Shown piece after piece: positions 47,130 to 56,739 of a DNA stretch of 64,000 bases. Source of the stretch: a virus. Location: IMG/VR virus record IMGVR_UViG_3300042482_000679. One strand, given 5' to 3'. Both the position numbers and the translations under genes were made by a program. Below the pieces are notes generated by a model. The model made no database searches. It was not told where the DNA came from and was given only the letters and a program-made list of their open reading frames with translations. The stretch's first letter is position 1. Each line of letters starts with the position of its first letter.

Positions 47130-47849
47130 ATGATTAAGATTCCATTACCTAAAATTCTTTTTCTTGACATTGAGACTGTCGGACTAACAAAAGACTATGA
47201 CCATTGCAAAAAGGAATACCCAAAAATTGCCGAACAATTTGATAAGTATTTTGATTGGTTTTTGAAAAGGTTCCCTGAAGACCAACTGATTGGTAAAAAC
47301 GAAGATGAACAAAAAAATCTTGTGTTTTCTTCACGAGCAGCTTTGGTTCCTGAATTTGCAAAGATTGTTTGTATCAGTGTTGCGTTTGTTATGGAAAATG
47401 GTGATATTAAGAAACAAACATTCCACAACGATAATGAACAACACTTGTTGGTGGATTGTCAAAAGTTACTTGACCGTTGTGGTAGATTAGAATTTTGGTT
47501 GTGTGGACATAACCTTAAGAACTTTGATATTCCTATGATGGCAAAAAGAATGATTATCAACGGATTAATGCCACCATCAATCTTACCGTCTTATGACACA
47601 AAACCTTGGGAGATTAGAGCGATTGACACCAAAGAAATTTGGCAATACGGTGCATACACAGCAATTGGTTCTTTGGACCTTATGTGTACCTGTATGGACG
47701 TTCCATCTCCTAAAGAAGGTGAGGTTACAGGGGCTAAGGTTCACGACGCGTATTGGAATAAAGGTATGTTAAAAGAAATTGCCGAATATTGTGAAAGAGA
47801 TGTTCAGGTATTAATTGATGTTGTTCAAAAATTAAAAGCACTTATATGA
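47130..47849 (+). CDS. PolB-like stand-alone 3'-5' exonuclease (DEDDy)
   Basis: LDIETV, GHNLKNFDIP and YCERDV motifs. Confidence 0.8.
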   Translation: MIKIPLPKILFLDIETVGLTKDYDHCKKEYPKIAEQFDKYFDWFLKRFPEDQLIGKNEDEQKNLVFSSRAALVPEFAKIVCISVAFVMENGDIKKQTFHNDNEQHLLVDCQKLLDRCGRLEFWLCGHNLKNFDIPMMAKRMIINGLMPPSILPSYDTKPWEIRAIDTKEIWQYGAYTAIGSLDLMCTCMDVPSPKEGEVTGAKVHDAYWNKGMLKEIAEYCERDVQVLIDVVQKLKALI

Positions 47850-48454
47850 TTGATTTTGAATCAGACCCAGAATTAAACGATGAGATTAAAAGACTCTTCG
47901 ACGAAATTAAAAATTTTAAAGACGAGAATGATGATGAGGATTTGATGTCCGAAATTGAATCCCGTTTAGGTTTACCTTTTGACGAATTTGAAAAGTTATT
48001 AGGGGACGCCTTAACAAAAAAACCATTGTTCTATAAAAAACTACACGAAGATGCTGTAGACCCAAAGTACGCATATGAAACCGATTCAGGTTTTGATTTA
48101 CACAGTGTAGAAGAAATCCATTTCTTACCATTTGAACGTAAGTTAGTTCCAACAGGATTATCATTTGATATTCCTGAAGGTTTTGAAATTCAAGTAAGAA
48201 CTAAAAGTGGGTTGGCAATTAAACAAGGACTTATGGTTTTGAATAGTCCTGGAACTGTAGACCAAGGATACACAGGTGAGGTCAAAGTTATTCTAATGAA
48301 TATGAATAATATGGCGGTTACCGTTGAAAAAGGACAGAAGGTTGCTCAAGGCGTTTTATGTCCTGTAGAATCAGGTAAAAAAGTTTCTTTGGTGGAAGAT
48401 GAATTTGAGGATAAAGAACGTGGTTCAAATGGATTTGGTTCAACAGGAATTTAA
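47846..48454 (+). CDS. dut: Trimeric dUTPase with acidic N-terminal extension
   Basis: SGFDL, KSGLA, GTVDQGYTGE, KVAQ and RGSNGFGSTG motifs. Confidence 0.9.
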   Translation: MIDFESDPELNDEIKRLFDEIKNFKDENDDEDLMSEIESRLGLPFDEFEKLLGDALTKKPLFYKKLHEDAVDPKYAYETDSGFDLHSVEEIHFLPFERKLVPTGLSFDIPEGFEIQVRTKSGLAIKQGLMVLNSPGTVDQGYTGEVKVILMNMNNMAVTVEKGQKVAQGVLCPVESGKKVSLVEDEFEDKERGSNGFGSTGI

Positions 48455-48464
48455 AAAATAAGAT

Positions 48465-50084
48465 ATGATTACTATTGGATATTCTACCCGAGAAAGTAAA
48501 CCTGAGTTTATTGAATACTTAAAAACCTCATCAGGTTATGCCAAAAATGTTAGGGTTATTGAGAAAGTTAATAATGGTGAAAAATCACTATCACAAGTTT
48601 ATAATGAAATTTTAAATGAAAGTGAAACTGATATTGTAATCTTTTGTCACGATGATATCTATTTTGATAGTACTGGATGGTATCATAAAATACTAAAACA
48701 TTTTGAAAAAACAGATTACGGAATTTTAGGTGTTGCTGGTACCAAATTTATGAGTGAAAATGGTACTTGGTGGTCCGACAGAAGAAAGATGTATGGTGTT
48801 GTTAATCACGAAAGTGGGGGTAAAAAATGGGAATCAAAATACTCCACATCATTAGGAAACGGTATCGATGATGTTGTTGTTCTTGACGGTGTTTTTTTAG
48901 TGGTTCATAAGAATAGAATTAATCATAACTTTGTCGAAGAATTTGAGGGATTTCACTTCTACGATATTCCATTTTGTTTTGAGAACTTTTTAAGTGGTGT
49001 AAAACTTGGTGTTATGTATAACGTAAGAATTACTCACAAATCAGTTGGTATGACTAACGAACAATGGGAGATAAATCGAAAAAAATTCGAGGAAAAATAC
49101 AATCAACATCTACCACAAAAATTGGCATTAGACCCTAAGACAAAATTAAAGATTTTGTTTACTTGTTTATCATTTAAAACATTGACAGGTTCTGAACTTT
49201 ATGTATACCAATTAGCCAAGTCACTTAAGAAAATGGGACACGATGTTTCTGTTATGTCAGAAATTGGTGGTCCTTTAACTGATATGGCAAAAAAAGATGG
49301 TATCAAAGTTTATTCAATTAGAGAACCTTTGGGCTATAAATTAGGAGATGGAAAGTGGAGTTTTCAAAATGGTGAAATTTCACAACCAAATGTCCTATAC
49401 CCTGTTGGAGAATTGATGGTAGATTTAATTCACACTCAACACAAACCAATCACAGAACATATTTGTAGACTTTATCCAAACATACCAAAAATATCCACAA
49501 TACATTCTGAAGTAATTGATTTGGAAATTCCATATGTTCACGAATCTATTAAAAAATACATTGCAATCAGACCTGAAATTAAAGATTATTTGATTACTGA
49601 ACACTCAATCGACGAGGAAAAAATTAAAGTAATTTACAACCCAATTGATAATACAAAATTTAAATCATCGACAACAAGTGAGGATTATGTTCTGTTTGTC
49701 GGTACTTTAGATTATTTGAGAAAAAATACAATTTTTGATTTAGTTGAGAAAACTAAAGAAAGGGGTTTGAAATTAGTGGTTGTTGGTGAAGATAAATCAA
49801 TTTATTTAAACGAATTAAAAAGTCACTCTCACGTAGAATATTATCCTGCGACTTGGTCGGTTGAGAAATATGTTTCAAAGTGTAAAGAAACTGCAGGTAT
49901 TCAATTAGGGAGAACAACTATTGAAGGTTGGATTTCAGGTAAACCAGGTTGGATTTATAAAGTCGATGCTCAAGGGAATATAATGGATATTGAGTATCAC
50001 GAACCCCCAACTGATGTGGATAAATACTATTCGGAAAATGTTACTAAACAAGTAATTGATGAATATCTTTATTCGGTAGTTTAA
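48465..50084 (+). CDS. Bifunctional glycosyltransferase (GT2-like plus GT4-like)
   Basis: FCHDD and FHFYD motifs in the N-terminal domain; TGSELYVYQLA, VIYNPID and GRTTIEG in the C-terminal domain. Confidence 0.75.
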   Translation: MITIGYSTRESKPEFIEYLKTSSGYAKNVRVIEKVNNGEKSLSQVYNEILNESETDIVIFCHDDIYFDSTGWYHKILKHFEKTDYGILGVAGTKFMSENGTWWSDRRKMYGVVNHESGGKKWESKYSTSLGNGIDDVVVLDGVFLVVHKNRINHNFVEEFEGFHFYDIPFCFENFLSGVKLGVMYNVRITHKSVGMTNEQWEINRKKFEEKYNQHLPQKLALDPKTKLKILFTCLSFKTLTGSELYVYQLAKSLKKMGHDVSVMSEIGGPLTDMAKKDGIKVYSIREPLGYKLGDGKWSFQNGEISQPNVLYPVGELMVDLIHTQHKPITEHICRLYPNIPKISTIHSEVIDLEIPYVHESIKKYIAIRPEIKDYLITEHSIDEEKIKVIYNPIDNTKFKSSTTSEDYVLFVGTLDYLRKNTIFDLVEKTKERGLKLVVVGEDKSIYLNELKSHSHVEYYPATWSVEKYVSKCKETAGIQLGRTTIEGWISGKPGWIYKVDAQGNIMDIEYHEPPTDVDKYYSENVTKQVIDEYLYSVV

Positions 50085-50135
50085 AGTCCTTATTTATTTT
50101 TACTAAAAAATTATTATTTTAGTATAAAAATTAAT

Positions 50136-52112
50136 ATGATAGTTCTTACAACAACATATAATTGTGAAAATTTTGTAGAAAGGTCTTTACTGAGTATAAT
50201 GAGTCAACGTTTTAAAAACTTTACTTGTTATATTACTGATGATATGTCTACCGACAATACAGTGTCAATAATCAAAGAGACTATTAAGGGTGACGATAGA
50301 TTTGTATTGATTGAAAATACAAAAAAGATGTATCAACCAGGAAATTACGACCAAGTAATCAGAGGTTTAAACATACCTGATGATGAGGTTTGTGTTGAAG
50401 TAGATGGTGATGATTGGTTACCTAATTCAAATGTATTAGGGTTTATTGACGATGTTTATAAAAACCCTGATATTTGGATGACAAGTGGTTCATTTAAGTA
50501 TCACGATGGTAGACTTGGTTTTGCAAAAAAACCACATAATTTATTAGACATTAGAAAACAAACTTTTACCCTAACGCATTTAAGAACTTGGAAATCTTGG
50601 TTATGGAAAAAAATTGAGCAGTCTGATTTAATGGATTCTAATGGCGAATATTGGTCGGTTGCTGGGGATTTATCATTTATGTTTCCAATGGTTGAGATGT
50701 CAGGCGAAAAACACTTTAAGTTCATACCTGAAATTTTATACGTCTATAACGAATCAAACCCGTTAAATGACCATAAAGTTAATATGTCAGTTGTGAATAA
50801 TACAACGTCAATAATTAGGAATAAGAAACCATACAAAAGATTATCAGGTTCCGAATCAACAAACCCACACGATTTAATTACAAATCAAAGATTTGATGTG
50901 ATTGTTAAATATCTTTACGCACAATCTATAATTAAAAATTATCAGACAGATACGTACAAAAATTTATACAAAGAACATTTAATAAAATGGAATAATTGTT
51001 TTGAAATTTCAAACCCATCAAAAAATTCATTCGAGGTATTTGACAATACTTTTAAAGATATTATCACTAATATAAGTGAGAATGGATTTGACCCACAAAT
51101 ATCAAAAATCCCTGTGGTGAATGATAAATATATTGTTAATGGTGCTCACAGATTGGCCGCGAGTTTAGCTTTAAATAAGAATGTTTTTACTGAAGAATCT
51201 ACAAGTATTAAAGACGGTCAACTAATTTGTTCTTGGGAGGGTGAATTCAAAAAATTAAATTTAAGTGAAACTCTATGTGATAGAGTTGCTCTTGAATACG
51301 CAAAATTAAAAAATAACACTTATATTGTTAGCGTTTTTCCATCAACAGGAGGGAATATCGAAGTACCTCTTTCTATTCTAAAAAAATACGGTTCTGTATT
51401 TTATTACAAACAAATAAAATTAGAAAAGAACGGTCCTCTAAACTTTATGAGAGAGTTATATGCCGGTGAACAATGGGCTGGTAATCATCAAAACAATTAC
51501 ATTGGTTATAGACAGAAAGAAGGTTTGTGTTTTACACAAAACGCACCTGTAACAATCTTCTTAGTTGAATTTGATAGTGTTGAGCAGTCTGTAAGAGCTA
51601 AAGAAGAAATTAGGAATCGTTTTAATATAGGAAAACATTCTGTTCATATAAATGACACTCACGACCAAACTATCAGACTTTCACAATGTGTATTTAATCA
51701 GAACTCAATAAAATTTATGTGTGATAGTACCCCATCAGATTACAGAAAATTTGATGGTTTATTAAATAGTTTTAAAAAATATATTGAGGATAATAATTTA
51801 GATATTGATGAATATGCGGTAACCGCAAGTTCAATACTATCAATCTATGGTCTTAGAGAAGGTAAAGACTTAGATTATATCCACACAAAATCAGCACCGT
51901 TAATTAAAGTAAGTGATGATATACAATCTCATAATTCATATGGTATTGGTAGATATGAACTTAATTATGATGAAATAATTCACAATCCAGTTAATCATTT
52001 CTATTCGAGAGGGGTCAAATTTGTTTCCCCAAAAATAATAAAAGATATGAAAGAAAAGAGGAACGAACCGAAAGATATTAACGATATAAACCTATTAAAT
52101 AGTATATTGTAA
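50136..52112 (+). CDS. GT2 glycosyltransferase fused to additional domains
   Basis: TTTYN, DDMSTDNT and VDGDDWL (GT2); later NGAHRLAA and GLREGKDLD motifs. Confidence 0.7.
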   Translation: MIVLTTTYNCENFVERSLLSIMSQRFKNFTCYITDDMSTDNTVSIIKETIKGDDRFVLIENTKKMYQPGNYDQVIRGLNIPDDEVCVEVDGDDWLPNSNVLGFIDDVYKNPDIWMTSGSFKYHDGRLGFAKKPHNLLDIRKQTFTLTHLRTWKSWLWKKIEQSDLMDSNGEYWSVAGDLSFMFPMVEMSGEKHFKFIPEILYVYNESNPLNDHKVNMSVVNNTTSIIRNKKPYKRLSGSESTNPHDLITNQRFDVIVKYLYAQSIIKNYQTDTYKNLYKEHLIKWNNCFEISNPSKNSFEVFDNTFKDIITNISENGFDPQISKIPVVNDKYIVNGAHRLAASLALNKNVFTEESTSIKDGQLICSWEGEFKKLNLSETLCDRVALEYAKLKNNTYIVSVFPSTGGNIEVPLSILKKYGSVFYYKQIKLEKNGPLNFMRELYAGEQWAGNHQNNYIGYRQKEGLCFTQNAPVTIFLVEFDSVEQSVRAKEEIRNRFNIGKHSVHINDTHDQTIRLSQCVFNQNSIKFMCDSTPSDYRKFDGLLNSFKKYIEDNNLDIDEYAVTASSILSIYGLREGKDLDYIHTKSAPLIKVSDDIQSHNSYGIGRYELNYDEIIHNPVNHFYSRGVKFVSPKIIKDMKEKRNEPKDINDINLLNSIL

Positions 52113-52115
52113 AAT

Positions 52116-52715
52116 ATGCCAATATCAGATAACCTAAAAACAATTTTTGTCCATATACCAAAAAACGCTGGTACTGCAATTACTAATAGTAAAATTGCAA
52201 GATTTTATATGGGTGGTCACGATTCGGCAAAAGAAATTAAAAATAAAGAACCTAAAAAATGGGACGAATATTTCAAATTTGCCGTCATTAGAAATCCTTG
52301 GGATAGGGTCGTTTCCAATTATGAGTATGCTCGTATGGAAAAAAGTTATTGGCACCACGTAAGTGACACGAATGTTGGCGCGGCTCATTTCGATTACCAT
52401 ACATTGAAAGATAAAACATTTGAGGAGTGTGTTAATATGTTGTATGAAGACAGGTCGTCTTTAAAACATCAAGGTTGGGCACCTCAATATGTGTGGATAT
52501 CTGATAATGAAAAAAATATTTTAGTTGATAAAGTTTTTTATCACGAAACTTTAGAAACTGATGAGGAGTTTAATAAGTTAATTCCTGATTTAGAAAAGGT
52601 AAACTTTAGTGATAGAAAAAGCAACAATTACAAAGATTATTATACTGAAGATTTGATACGTAAGGTGTCAGAGATTTATGAATATGATATAAATTTATTT
52701 AAATTCAAATACTAA
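52116..52715 (+). CDS. Sulfotransferase (Sulfotransfer_2-like)
   Basis: FVHIPKNAGT (5'-PSB loop), RNPWDRVVSNY (3'-PB) and YEYDINLFKF motifs. Confidence 0.85.
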   Translation: MPISDNLKTIFVHIPKNAGTAITNSKIARFYMGGHDSAKEIKNKEPKKWDEYFKFAVIRNPWDRVVSNYEYARMEKSYWHHVSDTNVGAAHFDYHTLKDKTFEECVNMLYEDRSSLKHQGWAPQYVWISDNEKNILVDKVFYHETLETDEEFNKLIPDLEKVNFSDRKSNNYKDYYTEDLIRKVSEIYEYDINLFKFKY

Positions 52716-52718
52716 ATT

Positions 52719-53168
52719 ATGATTTATTGGTTTACAGGCCAGCCAGGCCACGGAAAAACGGTTTTATCTAACCATTTAAAAGGTTATTTAGAATCAAATT
52801 ACAAAAAAAATGTCATTCACATTGATGGTGATGACATTAGAGAAATCTTTCAGAATAAAGACTATTCAAGGGAAGGTAGAATTAAAAACATAACATTCGC
52901 ACAAAACTTGGCACATTTTTGTAGTCACAAAGGATTTGACGTTGTTGTTAGTGTTGTTGCACCATATAAAGAAGTTCGAGATTCTTTTAAGGAAAGAATG
53001 GGTGAAAATATGGTAGAATTATATGTACACACAACTGAGGAAAGAGGACGTGAAAATTACCACGTCGCAGATTACGAAGCACCAACTGAAAATTATGTTG
53101 ATGTTGATACAACAGATGAATCACCAGAAGGTTCATTGGTTTACATTATTAATGAATTAGATATATGA
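52719..53168 (+). CDS. cysC: Adenylylsulfate (APS) kinase
   Basis: WFTGQPGHGKT P-loop, IDGDDIR, DYSREGRIKN and DYEAP motifs. Confidence 0.8.
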   Translation: MIYWFTGQPGHGKTVLSNHLKGYLESNYKKNVIHIDGDDIREIFQNKDYSREGRIKNITFAQNLAHFCSHKGFDVVVSVVAPYKEVRDSFKERMGENMVELYVHTTEERGRENYHVADYEAPTENYVDVDTTDESPEGSLVYIINELDI

Positions 53169-53506
53169 AGAAATTTAACACCTATTTTTGTGACATAGAT
53201 GGCACAATTTTTAAGTATAGAAAGTTTACTGATATACCAGTCACAAAACCTGAAGTAATAACATCAGTTGCTGAAAAATTAAATGAATGGTTTTATGAAG
53301 GTCATCATATTGTTTTAACTACCGCAAGACCTGAAAATTTGAGAAGCCACACTGAATTTGAATTAAAAGATAATAATATAAAATACAATCAATTGGTTAT
53401 GGGTATCGAAAGAGGTCCAAGATATCTAATAAATGATATGGACCCTGATAAAGAAGGTGAAAGAGCAATTGGTATAAACTTAAATAGAGATAAAGGATTT
53501 GAATAA
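53165..53506 (+). CDS. Small HAD-family phosphatase
   Basis: CDIDGT, LTTAR and YLIND motifs. Confidence 0.7.
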   Translation: MKKFNTYFCDIDGTIFKYRKFTDIPVTKPEVITSVAEKLNEWFYEGHHIVLTTARPENLRSHTEFELKDNNIKYNQLVMGIERGPRYLINDMDPDKEGERAIGINLNRDKGFE

Positions 53507-53507
53507 A

Positions 53508-53912
53508 ATGGAAAATTGGACTAAAAAAATTCACGTAGGGTCGTCCTTACCCGCTAAAGATGGACAATACGCAATGTTTGTTGGTAGATGGCAACCACTC
53601 CATCCTGGACACCAAGAACTTTTTAAACAAGCAATGGATGAAGGTAAGAATGTTTTAATTTGTATTAGAGACATTGCCCCTGACGAAAAAAATCCATTTG
53701 CTGCCGAAGAGGTTAGACAAAATATTATGGAACATTACTCAAATGAATGTGAGGAAGGAAAGGTAAAAGTTATGGTTATTCCAGATATCTGCTCAATAGA
53801 ATTTGGAAGAGGAGTTGGTTACGATATTATTGAGCGTATACCACCACAGCAAATTGCAGATATTTCAGCAACTAAAATTCGTGAACAAATGAAAAAAGAA
53901 GGTAAATTATGA
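53508..53912 (+). CDS. HIGH-motif nucleotidyltransferase (cytidylyltransferase-like)
   Basis: GRWQPLHPGH, NPF and ISATKIRE motifs. Confidence 0.75.
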   Translation: MENWTKKIHVGSSLPAKDGQYAMFVGRWQPLHPGHQELFKQAMDEGKNVLICIRDIAPDEKNPFAAEEVRQNIMEHYSNECEEGKVKVMVIPDICSIEFGRGVGYDIIERIPPQQIADISATKIREQMKKEGKL

Positions 53913-54142
53913 TTGATGTAAAAATTAGATACAATACGGTTTGTGATGATAATCACATGTATTGGAGAATTTTAATAAACGGTGTTGAACATACTTGTTC
54001 AAATATCTTAATAGAAACACCCATGCACACAACTATTGATACGGTGTATGACCCATCAAGAGAAAAAATGGTAACAAAACACCATATCTCTTGTATGGCA
54101 TCTGAAGTTATTTGGAAGGGTGATGTTGTAATTGTTAAGTAA
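53909..54142 (+). CDS. Hypothetical protein
   Basis: 77-aa ORF overlapping both neighbours in operon fashion. Confidence 0.55.
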   Translation: MIDVKIRYNTVCDDNHMYWRILINGVEHTCSNILIETPMHTTIDTVYDPSREKMVTKHHISCMASEVIWKGDVVIVK

Positions 54143-54363
54143 TGGTAAACGTTAAAAGACATATTGGTAAAACTATAAGTTACCGTTTGATTGGGACACT
54201 TACAACAGTGTTAGTAGCATATTCTTTTGGAGCGGATATAAAATTAGCTTCCTTAATGGGTGTTGGTGAATTATTATTTAAACCAGTAATCTACTTTTTA
54301 CACGAAAGAGTTTGGTACAAATACATAAAATTTGGGTTGATAGAAAAAAAAGATGGAAATTAA
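54142..54363 (+). CDS. DUF2061-like small membrane protein
   Basis: KTISYRLIGT...YFLHERVW motif. Confidence 0.75.
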   Translation: MVNVKRHIGKTISYRLIGTLTTVLVAYSFGADIKLASLMGVGELLFKPVIYFLHERVWYKYIKFGLIEKKDGN

Positions 54364-54913
54364 AGATATACAACATTCTGAAAATTGGTTTAATTACCAA
54401 GAATTTTACAATGAAATTGCTAGTAAAAAATATGAAACTTTAGTTGAGTTAGGTACTTGGAAAGGTCACTCACTATCTTATTTGGCAAAAAAATTATTAG
54501 AACAAACTTACAAATTTGAACTATACGGAGTTGATTTATTTGATGATTCGTACATTCACACCAAAGAAGGAAACGAATATTTAACACCACAAATGAAATA
54601 TATTTATGATGTTTATAATCAAAATTTAATTGATGCCGGTGTTAGAGATGTTGTTAAAGACATTAAAGGTAATACTTGGGACGCCGCAGCTCAATTTGAA
54701 GATGGTAGTGTGGATTTTGTGTTTATTGATGCAGACCATAATTATGAGTCAGTAAAAAAAGACATTCTTTCTTGGTTACCAAAAATGAGAGAAGGTGGAA
54801 TTATGTCAGGTCACGATTATTGGAATCATACTTGTGGTGTTAAACAAGCAGTTGATGAACTTTTTCCTAATGTAATCATCGGTACAAATAACATTTGGAT
54901 GGTTAAATTTTAA
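54353..54913 (+). CDS. Class I SAM-dependent methyltransferase (Methyltransf_24-like)
   Basis: VELGTWKGHS, FVFIDADHNYE, GGIMSGHDY and GVKQAVDE motifs. Confidence 0.85.
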   Translation: MEIKDIQHSENWFNYQEFYNEIASKKYETLVELGTWKGHSLSYLAKKLLEQTYKFELYGVDLFDDSYIHTKEGNEYLTPQMKYIYDVYNQNLIDAGVRDVVKDIKGNTWDAAAQFEDGSVDFVFIDADHNYESVKKDILSWLPKMREGGIMSGHDYWNHTCGVKQAVDELFPNVIIGTNNIWMVKF

Positions 54914-54915
54914 TT

Positions 54916-55344
54916 ATGAAAAAAATTTCACATAGAGGTAATTTAAATGGTCGTATTCCTGAGAGAGAAAACTCACCTGATTATATTGTTGAGTCTTTAT
55001 CTCTTGGTTATAATTGTGAGATTGATGTTTGGGTGGTTAATGATGAATATTTTTTAGGTCACGACAAAGCTCAATACAAAATTGAGGAGACATTTTTAGA
55101 AAGCAATTTATTATGGTGTCACGCTAAAAATATTCAAGCTCTCGAAAAGATGTTAAAGAATAAAAAAATACATTGTTTTTGGCATCAAAATGATGATGTT
55201 ACTTTAACATCGAAAGGTTTTATTTGGACCTATCCAAATAAAGAATTAACAAAAAAATCAATCTGTGTTTTACCTGAACTAAATTCTTTTGATATGGGAG
55301 ATTGTTATGGGGTCTGTTCAGATTATATTCAACAATACAAATGA
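54916..55344 (+). CDS. GDPD/PI-PLC-like phosphodiesterase
   Basis: ISHRGN, EN, EIDVW, LGHD and WCHAKN motifs. Confidence 0.7.
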   Translation: MKKISHRGNLNGRIPERENSPDYIVESLSLGYNCEIDVWVVNDEYFLGHDKAQYKIEETFLESNLLWCHAKNIQALEKMLKNKKIHCFWHQNDDVTLTSKGFIWTYPNKELTKKSICVLPELNSFDMGDCYGVCSDYIQQYK

Positions 55345-56702
55345 TAAAGTTAATAATTTTTGATTTGGATGGTGTATTAATAGATACAAAAAATATTCAT
55401 TTTGAATCATTAAATGACGCAATCGTAAAATATCAACCTGAATGTGTAATTCCTTGGGAAGAACATTTGGGTAAATTTGATGGGTTAAAAACAAATCAAA
55501 AGTTGGATATTTTAACTAAGGAAAAAAATCTTGATTCTAACCTGCATAATTTAATATGGTTAGAAAAACAAAAATTAACCATCGAGAAATTAACTGAAAC
55601 GGTTCCATCAAAACATATTGTCGAGTTATTTAAAAACTTATCTAAAGATGGGTATAAAATCGCCTGTTGCAGTAACTCAATTAGAAAGACGGTTTTAACT
55701 GTATTATCGAAACTTCAAATAATTGAGTTTTTCGATATTATCATATCAAATGAAGATGTGATTAATAGTAAACCACACCCTGAAATGTATTGGACTTGCA
55801 TTTCGAAAATGAAATGCTTACCGGAACAAACATTAATTATTGAGGACTCTCCATACGGGTTATTAGCAGCATCAAGGTCCCATTCAAAAATTATGAGAGT
55901 GTCATCACCAGATGAAGTTAATACAAAAAATGTATACAATAAATTAAGTGAGATTAATCATATTACAATGAAAAGCCCAAAGTGGTCAGACAAAAAATTA
56001 AATGTTCTTATACCTATGGCGGGTGCCGGTTCTCGTTTTGAAAAGGCCGGATATAGTTTTCCAAAACCCCTAATAGATGTTAAGGGTGAACCAATGATTA
56101 AGGTTGTAAGTGAAAACTTAAACCTTGATGCGAACTTTATTTACATAGTTCAAAAATCACACAGAGAAAAATACAATTTAGACACATTATTAAATTTAAT
56201 CAGTCCAAACTGTAAAATAGTTGAAGTTGACGGTGTTACGGAAGGTGCTGCGTGTACCACCCTTTTAGCCAAAGAATTCATCAATAATGACGATTCGTTA
56301 ATCCTTGCAAACTCAGACCAATTTATTGAGTGGGACTCTAACGAGTTTATGTATAAAATGAAAGAAACTGATGTTGATGGAGGTATTGTAACATTCGAAT
56401 CTACCCACCCAAAATGGTCTTTTGCAAAATTAAATGAATTTGGTTTTGTTAGTGAAGTTGCCGAAAAGAATCCAATTTCTGACATAGCAACTGTAGGAAT
56501 ATATTACTGGAAGAAAGGTTCTGATTATGTAAAATATGCAGAACAAATGATTAGTAAGAACGTAAGAGTTAATAATGAATTTTATGTGTGTCCTGTCTTT
56601 AATGAGGCAATACCTGACGGTAAAAAAGTGATAAATTACCGTATAGACAAAATGTGGGGTCTTGGGACACCGGAGGATTTAGTAACATACTTGAACAAGT
56701 AA
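55341..56702 (+). CDS. HAD phosphatase fused to sugar-phosphate nucleotidyltransferase-like domain
   Basis: FDLDGVL, KPHPE and IEDS (HAD); IPMAGAGSRF, PKPLI and LGTPEDL (NTP transferase). ATG 55341 preferred. Confidence 0.8.
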   Translation: MIKLIIFDLDGVLIDTKNIHFESLNDAIVKYQPECVIPWEEHLGKFDGLKTNQKLDILTKEKNLDSNLHNLIWLEKQKLTIEKLTETVPSKHIVELFKNLSKDGYKIACCSNSIRKTVLTVLSKLQIIEFFDIIISNEDVINSKPHPEMYWTCISKMKCLPEQTLIIEDSPYGLLAASRSHSKIMRVSSPDEVNTKNVYNKLSEINHITMKSPKWSDKKLNVLIPMAGAGSRFEKAGYSFPKPLIDVKGEPMIKVVSENLNLDANFIYIVQKSHREKYNLDTLLNLISPNCKIVEVDGVTEGAACTTLLAKEFINNDDSLILANSDQFIEWDSNEFMYKMKETDVDGGIVTFESTHPKWSFAKLNEFGFVSEVAEKNPISDIATVGIYYWKKGSDYVKYAEQMISKNVRVNNEFYVCPVFNEAIPDGKKVINYRIDKMWGLGTPEDLVTYLNK

Positions 56703-56739
56703 TTCTTTTTTTTAAAATAAAACCTTTTATATTTTTAAA

